The notes under the pieces: generated by a model
The model's input: the letters and a program-made list of their open reading frames with translations, nothing else
Told to the model about the DNA's origin: nothing
The model's database searches: none
Assembly: GCA_964631645.1 (NCBI GenBank)
Contig: CAZVYU010000001.1
Span: 5,610 to 65,548 of the forward strand
DNA: 59,939 nucleotides
Reading direction: 5' to 3'
DNA from: an uncultured Actinomycetes bacterium
GTDB lineage: Bacteria; Actinomycetota; Actinomycetes; S36-B12; GCA-2699445
Program-made: the position numbers and the translations under genes
Shown here: in pieces, positions 1 through 8,439 of the stretch
Numbering within the stretch: the first letter of the stretch is position 1
Layout of the letters: each line of letters begins with the position of its first letter

Positions 1-144
1 GTGGAGGCCACCGAGGTGACCGCGCAGGTCGTGGAGCGTGTCGTGTGCCGCTGGTGTGGTGCGAGCGATCGGATCGAGATCGTGCCCCGGCCGACCGGTG
101 ACGCTGCAGCGCCGGGCGAGCCCGGACTCGGGGGAACTCCCTGA
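1..144 (+). CDS. 3' end of a CDS entering from the left window edge, unknown function
   Basis: Frame 1 is open from base 1 to TGA 142-144 with G/C-dominated third codon positions. It is too short for the ORF track. The tail reads ...VVCRWCGASDRIEIVPRP... and has no domain I recognise. Confidence 0.3.
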   Translation: MEATEVTAQVVERVVCRWCGASDRIEIVPRPTGDAAAPGEPGLGGTP

Positions 145-173
145 CCCGGTCCGACGAACGCGCTCGTCCCTCC

Positions 174-407
174 GTGTCGGACCCTCCTTCTACGGTCCCC
201 GACATGAGCACGTCTTCGCCGTTCACCATCGACTGCACGACCTGTCCGGTCCGCGATATCGCGTGCCACGACTGTGTGGTCACCGCCGTGCTGGGGCCGA
301 CCGAGTTGGACCTGGACGCGGACTCGGCCGCCGCGCTGGTGGTTCTGGCGGAACGCGGACTGGTGGCCCCACTGCGGGATCCGCGGGAACGACGCACCGC
401 GGGGTGA
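174..407 (+). CDS. Small Cys-rich protein (CxxC-x6-CxxC), unknown function
   Basis: 77-aa ORF with the motif DCTTCPVRDIACHDC. The stop at 405-407 lies just upstream of the GT87 gene. The start could be GTG 174 or ATG 204. Confidence 0.5.
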   Translation: MSDPPSTVPDMSTSSPFTIDCTTCPVRDIACHDCVVTAVLGPTELDLDADSAAALVVLAERGLVAPLRDPRERRTAG

Positions 408-423
408 CGGCTACGGTGGCCGG

Positions 424-1608
424 GTGGCGCCACCGACTCACTCCGCGGCTGCGGACCCCCGTCGGCCCGGGCGGACGGCCCTGGGGTGGGTGGCCGCGAT
501 CGGATGCTGGGCCGCGGCCCTCGCGTTCTTCTGGTGGCAGTCGGGAATCTGGGCCTCGGCCAGTCTGGACGTCGGGATCTATCGCGAGGCGGCGGCGGAA
601 CTATTGGCCGGCGGTGACGTCTACGACGGGTCGTACGGCGCCACCGGACTGCCGTTCACCTACCCGCCCTTCGGGCTGCTGCTCCTCGTTCCGCTGGCGG
701 TCATCCCGCAGGCGGCGGCCGGGGCCGTCATGTTCGCCGGCAGCGCGGCGGCGCTGGTCGGGTGCCTGCGTCTGGCCGGGCAGTACGCGTGGCCCGGGCG
801 GTTCCTGCCGTGGTGGGCCGCAACGGTTGCGGCTGCGTTCGTGGCCGTGGTCGTCGAACCGGTGCGGGTGACCCTCGGCCTGGGACAGATCAACCTGCTC
901 ATCCTGGTGGTGATCCTGGCGCTGGACGCGGGCGCCAGGCAACGGGTGCGGGGGATCGGGGCCGGTGTCGGCGCGGCGGTCAAGGTCACCCCCGCCCTGC
1001 TGGTGGCCGCTCAACTCGGGCGCGGGGACCTACGCGCGTTCTTGCGCGGAGTCGCCGCTTTCGCGGCCTGCACCCTGGTCGCCGCACTGGTACTTCCCGC
1101 CGCCACCGGTCGCTATTTCACCGGACTGCTGTGGGAGTCCGACCGCCCGGGAACGCTCGCCTATGCGGGGAACCAGTCCCTGCGGGGGATGGTCGAACGG
1201 ATCGTCCCGGGCTCGACGGCGGCCTGGCTGATCACTGTGGTGGCGGTGCTGGCGTTGGCCGCGGTCGGGGTGCACCGGCACCGGAGTGACCCCTGGTTGG
1301 CGCTGACGGTCGCGGCCGTCGCAGGTCTGCTCATCTCACCGGTCTCCTGGAGCCATCACTGGGTCTGGGTGCTGCCGGTCGCCGCCGTGTCAGCCCGGTA
1401 CTGGCGGCGGCGACCCTGGTTGGCCTGGTCCGGCGTGGTGCTGGTCGCGGCCACCAGCCTGCTGACCGGACCCGCGGTGGGACTGGACTACTCCTGGCTG
1501 GCGGCCCTCTGGGCCCCCGCCGGCGAGAATGCGTACGTGCTGGCGGCGTTGGTGTGGTTGGGTGCGGCCGGGTGGCGGATCAGGCGTACAGCCCCTCCAC
1601 CTCCGTAG
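424..1608 (+). CDS. GT87/DUF2029-type polyprenol-phosphate-mannose-dependent mannosyltransferase (Rv2181-like), polytopic membrane protein
   Basis: Many hydrophobic segments. GLPFTYPPFGLLLLVPLA resembles the GT87 signature. Its position next to fadD15 matches M. tuberculosis. The track ORF starts at 274, but that part overlaps the upstream small ORF, so GTG 424 is my preferred start and remains uncertain. Confidence 0.7.
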   Translation: MAPPTHSAAADPRRPGRTALGWVAAIGCWAAALAFFWWQSGIWASASLDVGIYREAAAELLAGGDVYDGSYGATGLPFTYPPFGLLLLVPLAVIPQAAAGAVMFAGSAAALVGCLRLAGQYAWPGRFLPWWAATVAAAFVAVVVEPVRVTLGLGQINLLILVVILALDAGARQRVRGIGAGVGAAVKVTPALLVAAQLGRGDLRAFLRGVAAFAACTLVAALVLPAATGRYFTGLLWESDRPGTLAYAGNQSLRGMVERIVPGSTAAWLITVVAVLALAAVGVHRHRSDPWLALTVAAVAGLLISPVSWSHHWVWVLPVAAVSARYWRRRPWLAWSGVVLVAATSLLTGPAVGLDYSWLAALWAPAGENAYVLAALVWLGAAGWRIRRTAPPPP

Positions 1609-3379
1609 CGAACTCCTTCATGACGACATTGCGCTTCAGTTTGAGCGACGGGGTCAACTCGCCGCCCTCCTCGGTCCAGTCCACCGGAAGGATCTGGAAC
1701 TTCCGGATCGACTCCGCCTTCGACACTGCCTTGTTGGCGTCGTCCACGGCGCCTTGGATAGCGGCCACCACGTCCGGATCGGTCGCCAGATCGGCCACCG
1801 GGGTGTCGGTCGCCTTCCCCTGCGCCGTGAGCCAGGCAGGCAATGACTCCACGTCGAGGGTGACCAGCGCGGCGATGTACGGCTGGCCGTCGCCCACGAC
1901 CATGCACTGGCTCACCAGGGGATGGGCCCTCAGCCGGTCCTCAAGTACAGCGGGGGCCACGTTCTTGCCGCCCGCGGTGACGATCAGTTCCTTCTTGCGG
2001 CCCGTGATCCGCAGATAGCCCTCGGCATCGATCTGTCCGATGTCGCCGGAGTGGAACCAGCCGTCCGCCTCGATGGCCTCCTTGGTGGCCACCTCGTTGT
2101 TCCAGTAACCGCTGAAGATGTGCGGACCGGCGATCATCACCTCGCCGTCCTCGGCGATGCGGATGGACGTGCCGGGGATGGGCCGCCCCACACTGCCGAC
2201 CTTCAACTCACCAGGGCGGTTCACCGTCGCGGCGGCAGAGGTCTCGGTCAGGCCGTACCCCTCGAGAATCGTGACGCCGATGCCGCGGAAGAAGTGCCCG
2301 AGTCGCTCCCCGAGAGCGGCCCCACCGGACACCGCATGGGTGACCCGACCACCCATCGCCTGACGGAGTTTGCCGTAGACCAGCCGGTCGAAGAGCGCGT
2401 GCTTGAGCCGCAGGATCAGTCCGGGACCGCCGTTATCGAGCGCCCGGCTGTAGTCGATAGCAGTGGCGGCGGCGGTGTCGAAGATCTTGCCCTTGCCGTC
2501 TGCGGCCGCCTTGGCCTGGGCCCCGTTGTAGACCTTCTCGAAGACCCGCGGGACGCTGAGCAGGAAGGTCGGCTGGAACGAGGCCAGGTTCGGGAGCAGG
2601 TTTGCCACGTCGGCGGTGTGGGCCAGGAGGATGCGGCCCCGGATGCAGGCGATCTCGATGACGCGGCCGAACACGTGGGCCAGGGGTAGGAACAGCAGGG
2701 TGGACTGACCGGGAGCGAACACCTCGGGGGCGCCTGCGATGGTGGCGTCGACCTCGAACATGAAGTTGCGGTGGGTCAAGGTGCAGCCTTTGGGGCGACC
2801 CGTCGTGCCGGACGTGTAGATGATGGTGGCGACGCTGTCGGGCGTCACGCTGGTGCGCCGCTCGTCGAGGGCATCGTCGGTCACCTCTGACCCGGCGGCA
2901 CGCAGGGCATCGACGGCTCCGTCGTCGAACACCCAGCGTCGGGTCACCGCGGGGAGGGCTCCGGCGACCTGATCGACGACGGCAACATGGCGCTCTGATT
3001 CGAGGAACACCCCGACCGCGCCGGAGTCGCCCAGGATCCATTCGACCTGTTCGGCGCTGGACGTCTCGTAGATCGGGACGGGAACGGCACCGGCGTACCA
3101 CAGGGCGTAGTCGACCAGGGTCCACTCATAGCGAGTGCGCGACATGATGCCGACCCGTTCGCCGACCGCCACCCCGGAGGCCACGATGCCCTTGGCGACG
3201 GCCCGCACGTCGTCGGCGAATTCGCGGTACGTCAGCGTGTGCCAGCCGCCGTCGCGCGGCAGGGCGATCGCCGCGGTGTCCGGCGCCGTGCGTTCGCTGT
3301 CGAGCAACTGATCAGACAGGCTTCCCGTCACGGGGGGCGACACCAATTCCGGCTCGGTGAACTCCTGGATCGCGGTCAT
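1580..3379 (-). CDS. fadD15: Long-chain fatty-acid--CoA ligase (AMP-binding enzyme, FadD15-like)
   Basis: AMP-binding motif IIYTSGTTGRPKGC, with YGLTE and GWFHSGD motifs. The track ORF (to 3757) has an implausible Arg/Ser-rich N-terminus. The homologous part starts at MTAIQEFTEPE, ATG at 3379. Confidence 0.85.
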   Translation of the reverse strand: MTAIQEFTEPELVSPPVTGSLSDQLLDSERTAPDTAAIALPRDGGWHTLTYREFADDVRAVAKGIVASGVAVGERVGIMSRTRYEWTLVDYALWYAGAVPVPIYETSSAEQVEWILGDSGAVGVFLESERHVAVVDQVAGALPAVTRRWVFDDGAVDALRAAGSEVTDDALDERRTSVTPDSVATIIYTSGTTGRPKGCTLTHRNFMFEVDATIAGAPEVFAPGQSTLLFLPLAHVFGRVIEIACIRGRILLAHTADVANLLPNLASFQPTFLLSVPRVFEKVYNGAQAKAAADGKGKIFDTAAATAIDYSRALDNGGPGLILRLKHALFDRLVYGKLRQAMGGRVTHAVSGGAALGERLGHFFRGIGVTILEGYGLTETSAAATVNRPGELKVGSVGRPIPGTSIRIAEDGEVMIAGPHIFSGYWNNEVATKEAIEADGWFHSGDIGQIDAEGYLRITGRKKELIVTAGGKNVAPAVLEDRLRAHPLVSQCMVVGDGQPYIAALVTLDVESLPAWLTAQGKATDTPVADLATDPDVVAAIQGAVDDANKAVSKAESIRKFQILPVDWTEEGGELTPSLKLKRNVVMKEFATEVEGLYA

Positions 3380-3539
3380 CGGCTGCTCCTCACATCGGGT
3401 CCGATTACCATACGACGGCTGCCCGGAACCCGCACTGCGACACACGTCAACCGATACCTGATTAACTCTGCGTATAACCGTGCTCACGCAGGTGTCGGAC
3501 TGTGGGCGTGAGAGCGCAGCGGTGCGGCAGTATGGGGAC

Positions 3540-3953
3540 ATGCCCGTCGTGGATCTTGTGGACGAGACGTTCATCGTCGCGCCCCCGGCCGCCCTCGCCG
3601 CAGTCGTGGCCGACCGCCACCGATGGCGCCAATGGTGGCCCGACCTGACGTTGACCGTGTTCATGGACCGCGGGGAGAAGGGGATCCGGTGGTCGGCGAC
3701 GGGGGCGTTGGTCGGATCGGTCGAGCTCTGGCTGGAGCCGTTCGGCGACGGCGCCATCGTGCACTACTACCTGCGCGCCGACCCGACAGTCGGCGAATCC
3801 GCCGCTGAACCGCGCAGCCTGCCGGACTCTCCCCGCGGGCGCCGTACCGCCGACCGGCTGCGGCGCCGACATGCGCTGGCCTGGAAACAGTCCGTGTGGG
3901 CGTTGAAATACGAGATGGAAGGCGACCGGGCGCCGGGATCGGGTCAGTGGTGA
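3540..3953 (+). CDS. SRPBCC (START/polyketide-cyclase-like) family protein, TB16.3/Rv2185c-like
   Basis: About 137 aa with the W-rich pattern ...RHRWRQWWPDL...IRW...VELWLEP... typical of small SRPBCC proteins. Start chosen at ATG 3540 (MPVVDLVDETF). Confidence 0.65.
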   Translation: MPVVDLVDETFIVAPPAALAAVVADRHRWRQWWPDLTLTVFMDRGEKGIRWSATGALVGSVELWLEPFGDGAIVHYYLRADPTVGESAAEPRSLPDSPRGRRTADRLRRRHALAWKQSVWALKYEMEGDRAPGSGQW

Positions 3954-4327
3954 CGCCTCCGGCCCCGCCGCAGCGGTGTCGGACCTGCGGCGCCGTGGTG
4001 GCGGCGAACGCCGACTGGTGTTCGTTGTGTCTGACCCCGGTGGCCGAACCGCAGGACACCGGGTCTGCAGCTTTGGCGCTGCCACCGCCCCGTGATCCTC
4101 CGACTGCCCCCGCCACCCCGCCGCCGTCCGCGGCGGAGCGGCCCCTACCCGCGGGCATCGATCCGGACGAGTGGGCGGCCCGACTGGCCGCCGAGGAGGG
4201 GCACGCGGGACGCCTCGCGCCGCTGACCAACCGGTCCACCCGAGTGGCCATCATGGTGGGCGGTGCCCTGGCGATCATCGTGGTCCTCGGGCTCGGCATG
4301 CTGGTGCTGTCCCGGATCGCCGGCTGA
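3947..4327 (+). CDS. Zinc-ribbon protein with a single extreme C-terminal transmembrane anchor
   Basis: CRTC-x9-CSLC near the N-terminus, a Pro/Ala-rich linker, and the only hydrophobic stretch (VAIMVGGALAIIVVLGLGMLVLS) in the last ~30 residues. GTG 3947/3950 overlaps the upstream stop (GTGGTGA). Confidence 0.6.
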   Translation: MVTPPAPPQRCRTCGAVVAANADWCSLCLTPVAEPQDTGSAALALPPPRDPPTAPATPPPSAAERPLPAGIDPDEWAARLAAEEGHAGRLAPLTNRSTRVAIMVGGALAIIVVLGLGMLVLSRIAG

Positions 4328-5094
4328 TGAGGCTCCATGTCGTGTCCGACGTCCACGACCGGGTCGCGGGGCTGGCCGAGGCCGGGCGGGACTGTGACGT
4401 GTTCGTGTGCCTCGGCGATCTGGTCCTGTTCCTGGACTACGACGATCCGAGCAGCGGCATCTTCGCGCAGATGTTCGGCGCCGCCAACGCCGCGCGGTAC
4501 ATGGAACTGCGCTATCAACTCCGGTTCGACGAAGCGCGGGCGTTCTCGCGGGAACTGTGGGAGGCGGTGGGCGCCGAACCCTGGACGGCCATCTCGCAAG
4601 CGGTCGGTGCGCAGTACGAACGGCTGTTCGCGGCTCTGCCCGGCGGTCTGTTCACCTACGGCAACGTCGATATCCCGGCGCTGTGGGCCGACTACCTCAG
4701 GCCCGATCAACACGTGCTCGACGGGGAGGTCGTCGAACGCGGCGGGCTGCGACTGGGCTTCGTGGGCGGTGGCCTGCGTACGCCGATGCGGACGCCGTTC
4801 GAGATCAGTGACGAGGAGTTCGCCGCCAAGGTCGAGCGGCTCGGTGCGGTCGACATCCTGTTCAGCCACATCCCGCCGGCGGTCCCCGAGGCCACCTACG
4901 ACGTCGTCGCCCGGCGGCTGGAGCGAGGCAGTCGGGTGCTGCGGGAGTACATCGGCGATGTGCAGCCCCGGTTCGCGTTGCACGGGCACGTCCACCAGCC
5001 CCTGGTGCCCCGAGTCAGTATCGGCCGCACTTCGGTGGTGAATGTCGGTCATTTCCGATCCCGGCAGCGGCCGTACGTGCTGACGGTCGAGTGA
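4327..5094 (+). CDS. Metallophosphoesterase
   Basis: MRLHVVSDVHD, CLGDLV, GNVD and HGHVH metal-ligand motifs. ATG 4327 overlaps the upstream TGA (4325-4327). Confidence 0.8.
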   Translation: MRLHVVSDVHDRVAGLAEAGRDCDVFVCLGDLVLFLDYDDPSSGIFAQMFGAANAARYMELRYQLRFDEARAFSRELWEAVGAEPWTAISQAVGAQYERLFAALPGGLFTYGNVDIPALWADYLRPDQHVLDGEVVERGGLRLGFVGGGLRTPMRTPFEISDEEFAAKVERLGAVDILFSHIPPAVPEATYDVVARRLERGSRVLREYIGDVQPRFALHGHVHQPLVPRVSIGRTSVVNVGHFRSRQRPYVLTVE

Positions 5095-5123
5095 CCTCGT
5101 CCGCGCCCGCGATAATCTGACTC

Positions 5124-5564
5124 ATGGCCGAACGCACCCAGGCGGAGCTCGAGATCGCGGCGACGCCGGCGCGGATCATGGCCACCATCGCCGATATCGA
5201 TCAGTATCCGACCTGGTGCCCGGGGGTCAGTTCGGCGCGCGTCCTGGCCGAGTTCCCCGACGGTCGCCCGCGCGAGGTCGAGATGATCTTCGACTCGGGC
5301 CCCATCCACGACACGCACGTCTACCGCTACGACCTGTGGGGTGACCGCGAGGTCCGCTGGCATCTCATCAAGGGGGAGACGGTGACCGGACTGTGGGGGG
5401 TGTACTCCTGTCACACGCTGGAGCCGCGCCGCACGTTGGTGGCCTACCGGCTGGCCATGGATCTGGCGGTGCCGATCATCGGAGCGCTCAAACGACGGGC
5501 CGAGAAGGTCATCGTGCGCACCGCACTGTTGGGCCTGCGCGATCGGATCGAGTCCGCTCCGTGA
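5124..5564 (+). CDS. SRPBCC family protein (polyketide cyclase/dehydrase-like)
   Basis: 146 aa. The N-terminal pattern ...EIAATPARIMATIADIDQYPTW... and its size are typical of this fold. Confidence 0.7.
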   Translation: MAERTQAELEIAATPARIMATIADIDQYPTWCPGVSSARVLAEFPDGRPREVEMIFDSGPIHDTHVYRYDLWGDREVRWHLIKGETVTGLWGVYSCHTLEPRRTLVAYRLAMDLAVPIIGALKRRAEKVIVRTALLGLRDRIESAP

Positions 5565-6727
5565 CCCGGGTTCTGCTGTTCACCGGCAAAGGCGGGGTGG
5601 GGAAGACGACACTGTCGGCGGCCTCGTCGGTTGCCTGCGCGGACCGCGGCCTGCGGACGTTGGTCATGTCCACCGATCCGGCCCACTCCCTGGCGGACGT
5701 GCTGGATGCGCCGGTGACCGCGGGCGAGGCGGTCCCCCTGGCCGACCGGTTGTGGCTCGAACACATCGACGCCCGACAACTGCTCGAACGGTCCTGGGGC
5801 ACGGTGCAGGACTACCTGCTCGGCGTCCTGTCATCGGCTGGGGTGGACAGTGTCGCCGCGGAGGAACTGACCGTGCTGCCAGGTGCCGAAGAGGTGCTGG
5901 CGCTGCTCGAGGTGCGCGACAAGGTCCGTTCGGGCGACTACGACGTGGTCGTGCTGGACTGCGCGCCCACCGCCGAGACGCTGCGCCTCCTGGCCCTTCC
6001 CGAGGCGCTGGACTGGTACATGCGGCGCATCTGGCCGTTCGAGCGTCGGGTGGTCACGGCGCTGCGGGCACCGTTGTCGAAGGCCACGCGCGTCCCGTTA
6101 CCCGACTCCGGGGTGATGGATGCCGTGGAACGACTGCACGGCGACCTGGCCGACGTGCGCGAGGTACTGACCTCCCCGGATGCCTCCGTGCGGTTGGTCA
6201 TGACGCCCGACTCGGTCGTCCTCGCCGAAGCTCGGCGCACCCTGACGTCGCTGTCGCTGTACGGGTACCGGGTCGACGCCGCCCTGGCCAATCGGGTGTT
6301 CCCTCCCGGCCGCGACAAGTGGCGTGCCGGGTGGGCCAAGGCGCAGCAGGGACGGATCACGGCGGTCCGGGCGGATCTGGACCCGGTACCCCTGATCACC
6401 GTGCCGTACGCCGACCACGAACCCGTCGGTCTGGCGGATCTGCGGACGCTCGGGACCGGGCTGTATCCCGACGGCGACCCATTGGGACTGCCCACCGTCG
6501 AACCACCGCTGCAACTGGAGCGGTTGGGGGAGCAGATCGTCCTGGTGCTGCAACTGCCGCTCGCCGCCAAGGGCGACGTCGACCTGGCGGAGCGGGGCGG
6601 GGAGTTGATCATCACCGTGGGTGCCTACCGGCGGGTGCTGGCCCTTCCCGGGGCGCTGTTGCGGTATCGGGTGGCCGGGGCCGGCCTGGTGGACGGTGTG
6701 TTGCGGGTCCGATTCACGAAGGAGTGA
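5561..6727 (+). CDS. ArsA/Get3-family P-loop ATPase with C-terminal HSP20-like domain (Rv2184c-like)
   Basis: The P-loop FTGKGGVGKTT is followed by STDPAHSL. LDCAPTAETLRLL corresponds to the ArsA DTAPTGHTLRLL motif. The C-terminal beta-rich segment ends ...LRVRFTKE. GTG 5561 overlaps the upstream TGA (GTGA). Confidence 0.8.
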   Translation: MTRVLLFTGKGGVGKTTLSAASSVACADRGLRTLVMSTDPAHSLADVLDAPVTAGEAVPLADRLWLEHIDARQLLERSWGTVQDYLLGVLSSAGVDSVAAEELTVLPGAEEVLALLEVRDKVRSGDYDVVVLDCAPTAETLRLLALPEALDWYMRRIWPFERRVVTALRAPLSKATRVPLPDSGVMDAVERLHGDLADVREVLTSPDASVRLVMTPDSVVLAEARRTLTSLSLYGYRVDAALANRVFPPGRDKWRAGWAKAQQGRITAVRADLDPVPLITVPYADHEPVGLADLRTLGTGLYPDGDPLGLPTVEPPLQLERLGEQIVLVLQLPLAAKGDVDLAERGGELIITVGAYRRVLALPGALLRYRVAGAGLVDGVLRVRFTKE

Positions 6728-6733
6728 GACGCC

Positions 6734-7201
6734 ATGAACGACGATCCCTGGTGGCACGACCCCACTCGTGACCCGGATGCCGCTGACGCCATGGGGGCGG
6801 CCGCGGGAGAGGCCGGCCGCTTGTTCGAGGCTGTGCGCGACCGGATGTTGTCGGATCCGGCCACCCTGCGGGCCGGGATGCGGTTGATGGAGACCTTCGC
6901 GGTGCTCCGGGGCGGCGGTACGCCGGTGGCGCCGGGGGAGGCGCCCGAGTGTGCCTACTGCCCGGTCTGCCAGGCCATTACCCGCGCCCGATCGATCGAC
7001 CCCGAGTCGGTCGAACGGCTCACCGGGGCAGCGATGGAGTTCGCCGAAAAGGTACGCGGCATCGTGGGCCAACCGCCGTCGGAGGATTCCGGGGTGCGAC
7101 ATGTGCCCCTGGACGACGACCTGGTCGACGCCGAACCCGCCGCCGAGACGGAGGACTTCGACGGCTGGCCGGCCCCGCGGGATCCGGACCCGGACGCCTG
7201 A
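6734..7201 (+). CDS. Conserved acidic protein with a CAYCPVC motif (Rv2183c position)
   Basis: 155-aa ORF starting 6 nt after the ArsA-like stop. It has a CxxCxxC motif and an Asp/Glu-rich tail. I recognise no family. Confidence 0.6.
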   Translation: MNDDPWWHDPTRDPDAADAMGAAAGEAGRLFEAVRDRMLSDPATLRAGMRLMETFAVLRGGGTPVAPGEAPECAYCPVCQAITRARSIDPESVERLTGAAMEFAEKVRGIVGQPPSEDSGVRHVPLDDDLVDAEPAAETEDFDGWPAPRDPDPDA

Positions 7202-7205
7202 CGGG

Positions 7206-8354
7206 CTACTTCTTGGGAGTCTTGTCGGCCACCGACGGCGACTTCTTCATCGCAGCCGACTTGGCGGCGGCAGTGCTGGTCTCGACGGCCTTCGCCACCT
7301 TGGCCGCGGAACCGGCGGCAGCAGCGACGGCCGCCTCCTTCTCGGCCGCCACCGCGGACCGGGCCGCTGCCGGGCGGACGACCTCGGGTCGGGGCCCGTG
7401 ATCGCGGGCCAGGTCGGCTGCCCCGACGATCCCGGCCAGATTGCCCAGACCGGCGGCCACGATGTCGGTCATGGGTCGTTGTGCCCGGGCCACCAACTGG
7501 GTCGCGTACTCCCGCTTGGTCGGGGTCAGCAACAGGTCGCCGGCCTCCACGACCCCACCGCCGATGACGAAAGCGTCAGGGTCCAGCAGCGTGGCGACCT
7601 CCACCATGCCGCGGGCCAACCAGGCTCCGACGATCTCGAACGCCTCGATGGCGACCTCGTCCCCTCGTTGGGCGGCTTCCGTGACATGCGGACCCTGGAC
7701 CCCTTCCGGGGTGCCGTCGCCCAGTCCCAGCAGGACACCCGCCTCGGGACGTCGCTCCGAGGCGAGGCCGCGCGCGGTGCGGACCAGGGCGTTGCCGCTG
7801 GCGTACTGCTCCCAGCACCCGTGGCGGCCACATCCGCACAGCCGCCCGTCGGGGACCAGGCGCAGGTGTCCGAACTCGGCCCCGACGCCGTTGGCGCCGC
7901 GCTGCAGTCGGCCCCCGAGCACGATGCCCCCGCCGATGCCGGTTCCGACCGTGACCATGACCAGATCGGTGCGCCCTCGGCCGGCGCCGAACCGGAACTC
8001 GCCCCACGCGGCCGCATTCGCGTCGTTCTCGATGACGGTCGGCAGGCCCACGGCGCGTTCGACCTGCTGGCGCAGTGGTTCCTCCACCCACCCCAGGTTG
8101 GGCGCGAAGATCACCCGGGACCGGGTGGAGTCGACCAGCCCGGCGACGCCGATGCCGACGGCCTCGATCTCGTAGCCGTCGAAACCGTCGAGCAATTCGA
8201 CGATGACTTCCTGCACGGCGTCGGGATCACGCACCGGGGTCGACTTGCGCGCACTGTCGACCAGCTCCCCGTCGGGTGACACGATGCCGACCGCGATCTT
8301 GGTGCCCCCGATATCCACCCCGGCGGTGTACGCCCCGCTCTTCTTCTTCGCCAC
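7206..8354 (-). CDS. glk: ROK-family glucokinase with a ~62-aa Ala/Lys-rich C-terminal extension
   Basis: GVDIGGTKIAVG ATP motif and the ROK zinc motif CGCGRHGCWEQYASG. Homology ends near ...GAADLARDHG, then a low-complexity tail follows that ends ...KKSPSVADKTPKK. Confidence 0.85.
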   Translation of the reverse strand: MAKKKSGAYTAGVDIGGTKIAVGIVSPDGELVDSARKSTPVRDPDAVQEVIVELLDGFDGYEIEAVGIGVAGLVDSTRSRVIFAPNLGWVEEPLRQQVERAVGLPTVIENDANAAAWGEFRFGAGRGRTDLVMVTVGTGIGGGIVLGGRLQRGANGVGAEFGHLRLVPDGRLCGCGRHGCWEQYASGNALVRTARGLASERRPEAGVLLGLGDGTPEGVQGPHVTEAAQRGDEVAIEAFEIVGAWLARGMVEVATLLDPDAFVIGGGVVEAGDLLLTPTKREYATQLVARAQRPMTDIVAAGLGNLAGIVGAADLARDHGPRPEVVRPAAARSAVAAEKEAAVAAAAGSAAKVAKAVETSTAAAKSAAMKKSPSVADKTPKK

Positions 8355-8439
8355 GACTACCTCCCGCAGTTGTTCCGGAGGTTAGCGGGGTCGGGCGCCT
8401 GATTCGATGTCGACGAGCGATCGCTGCGCGATCGGTGGC

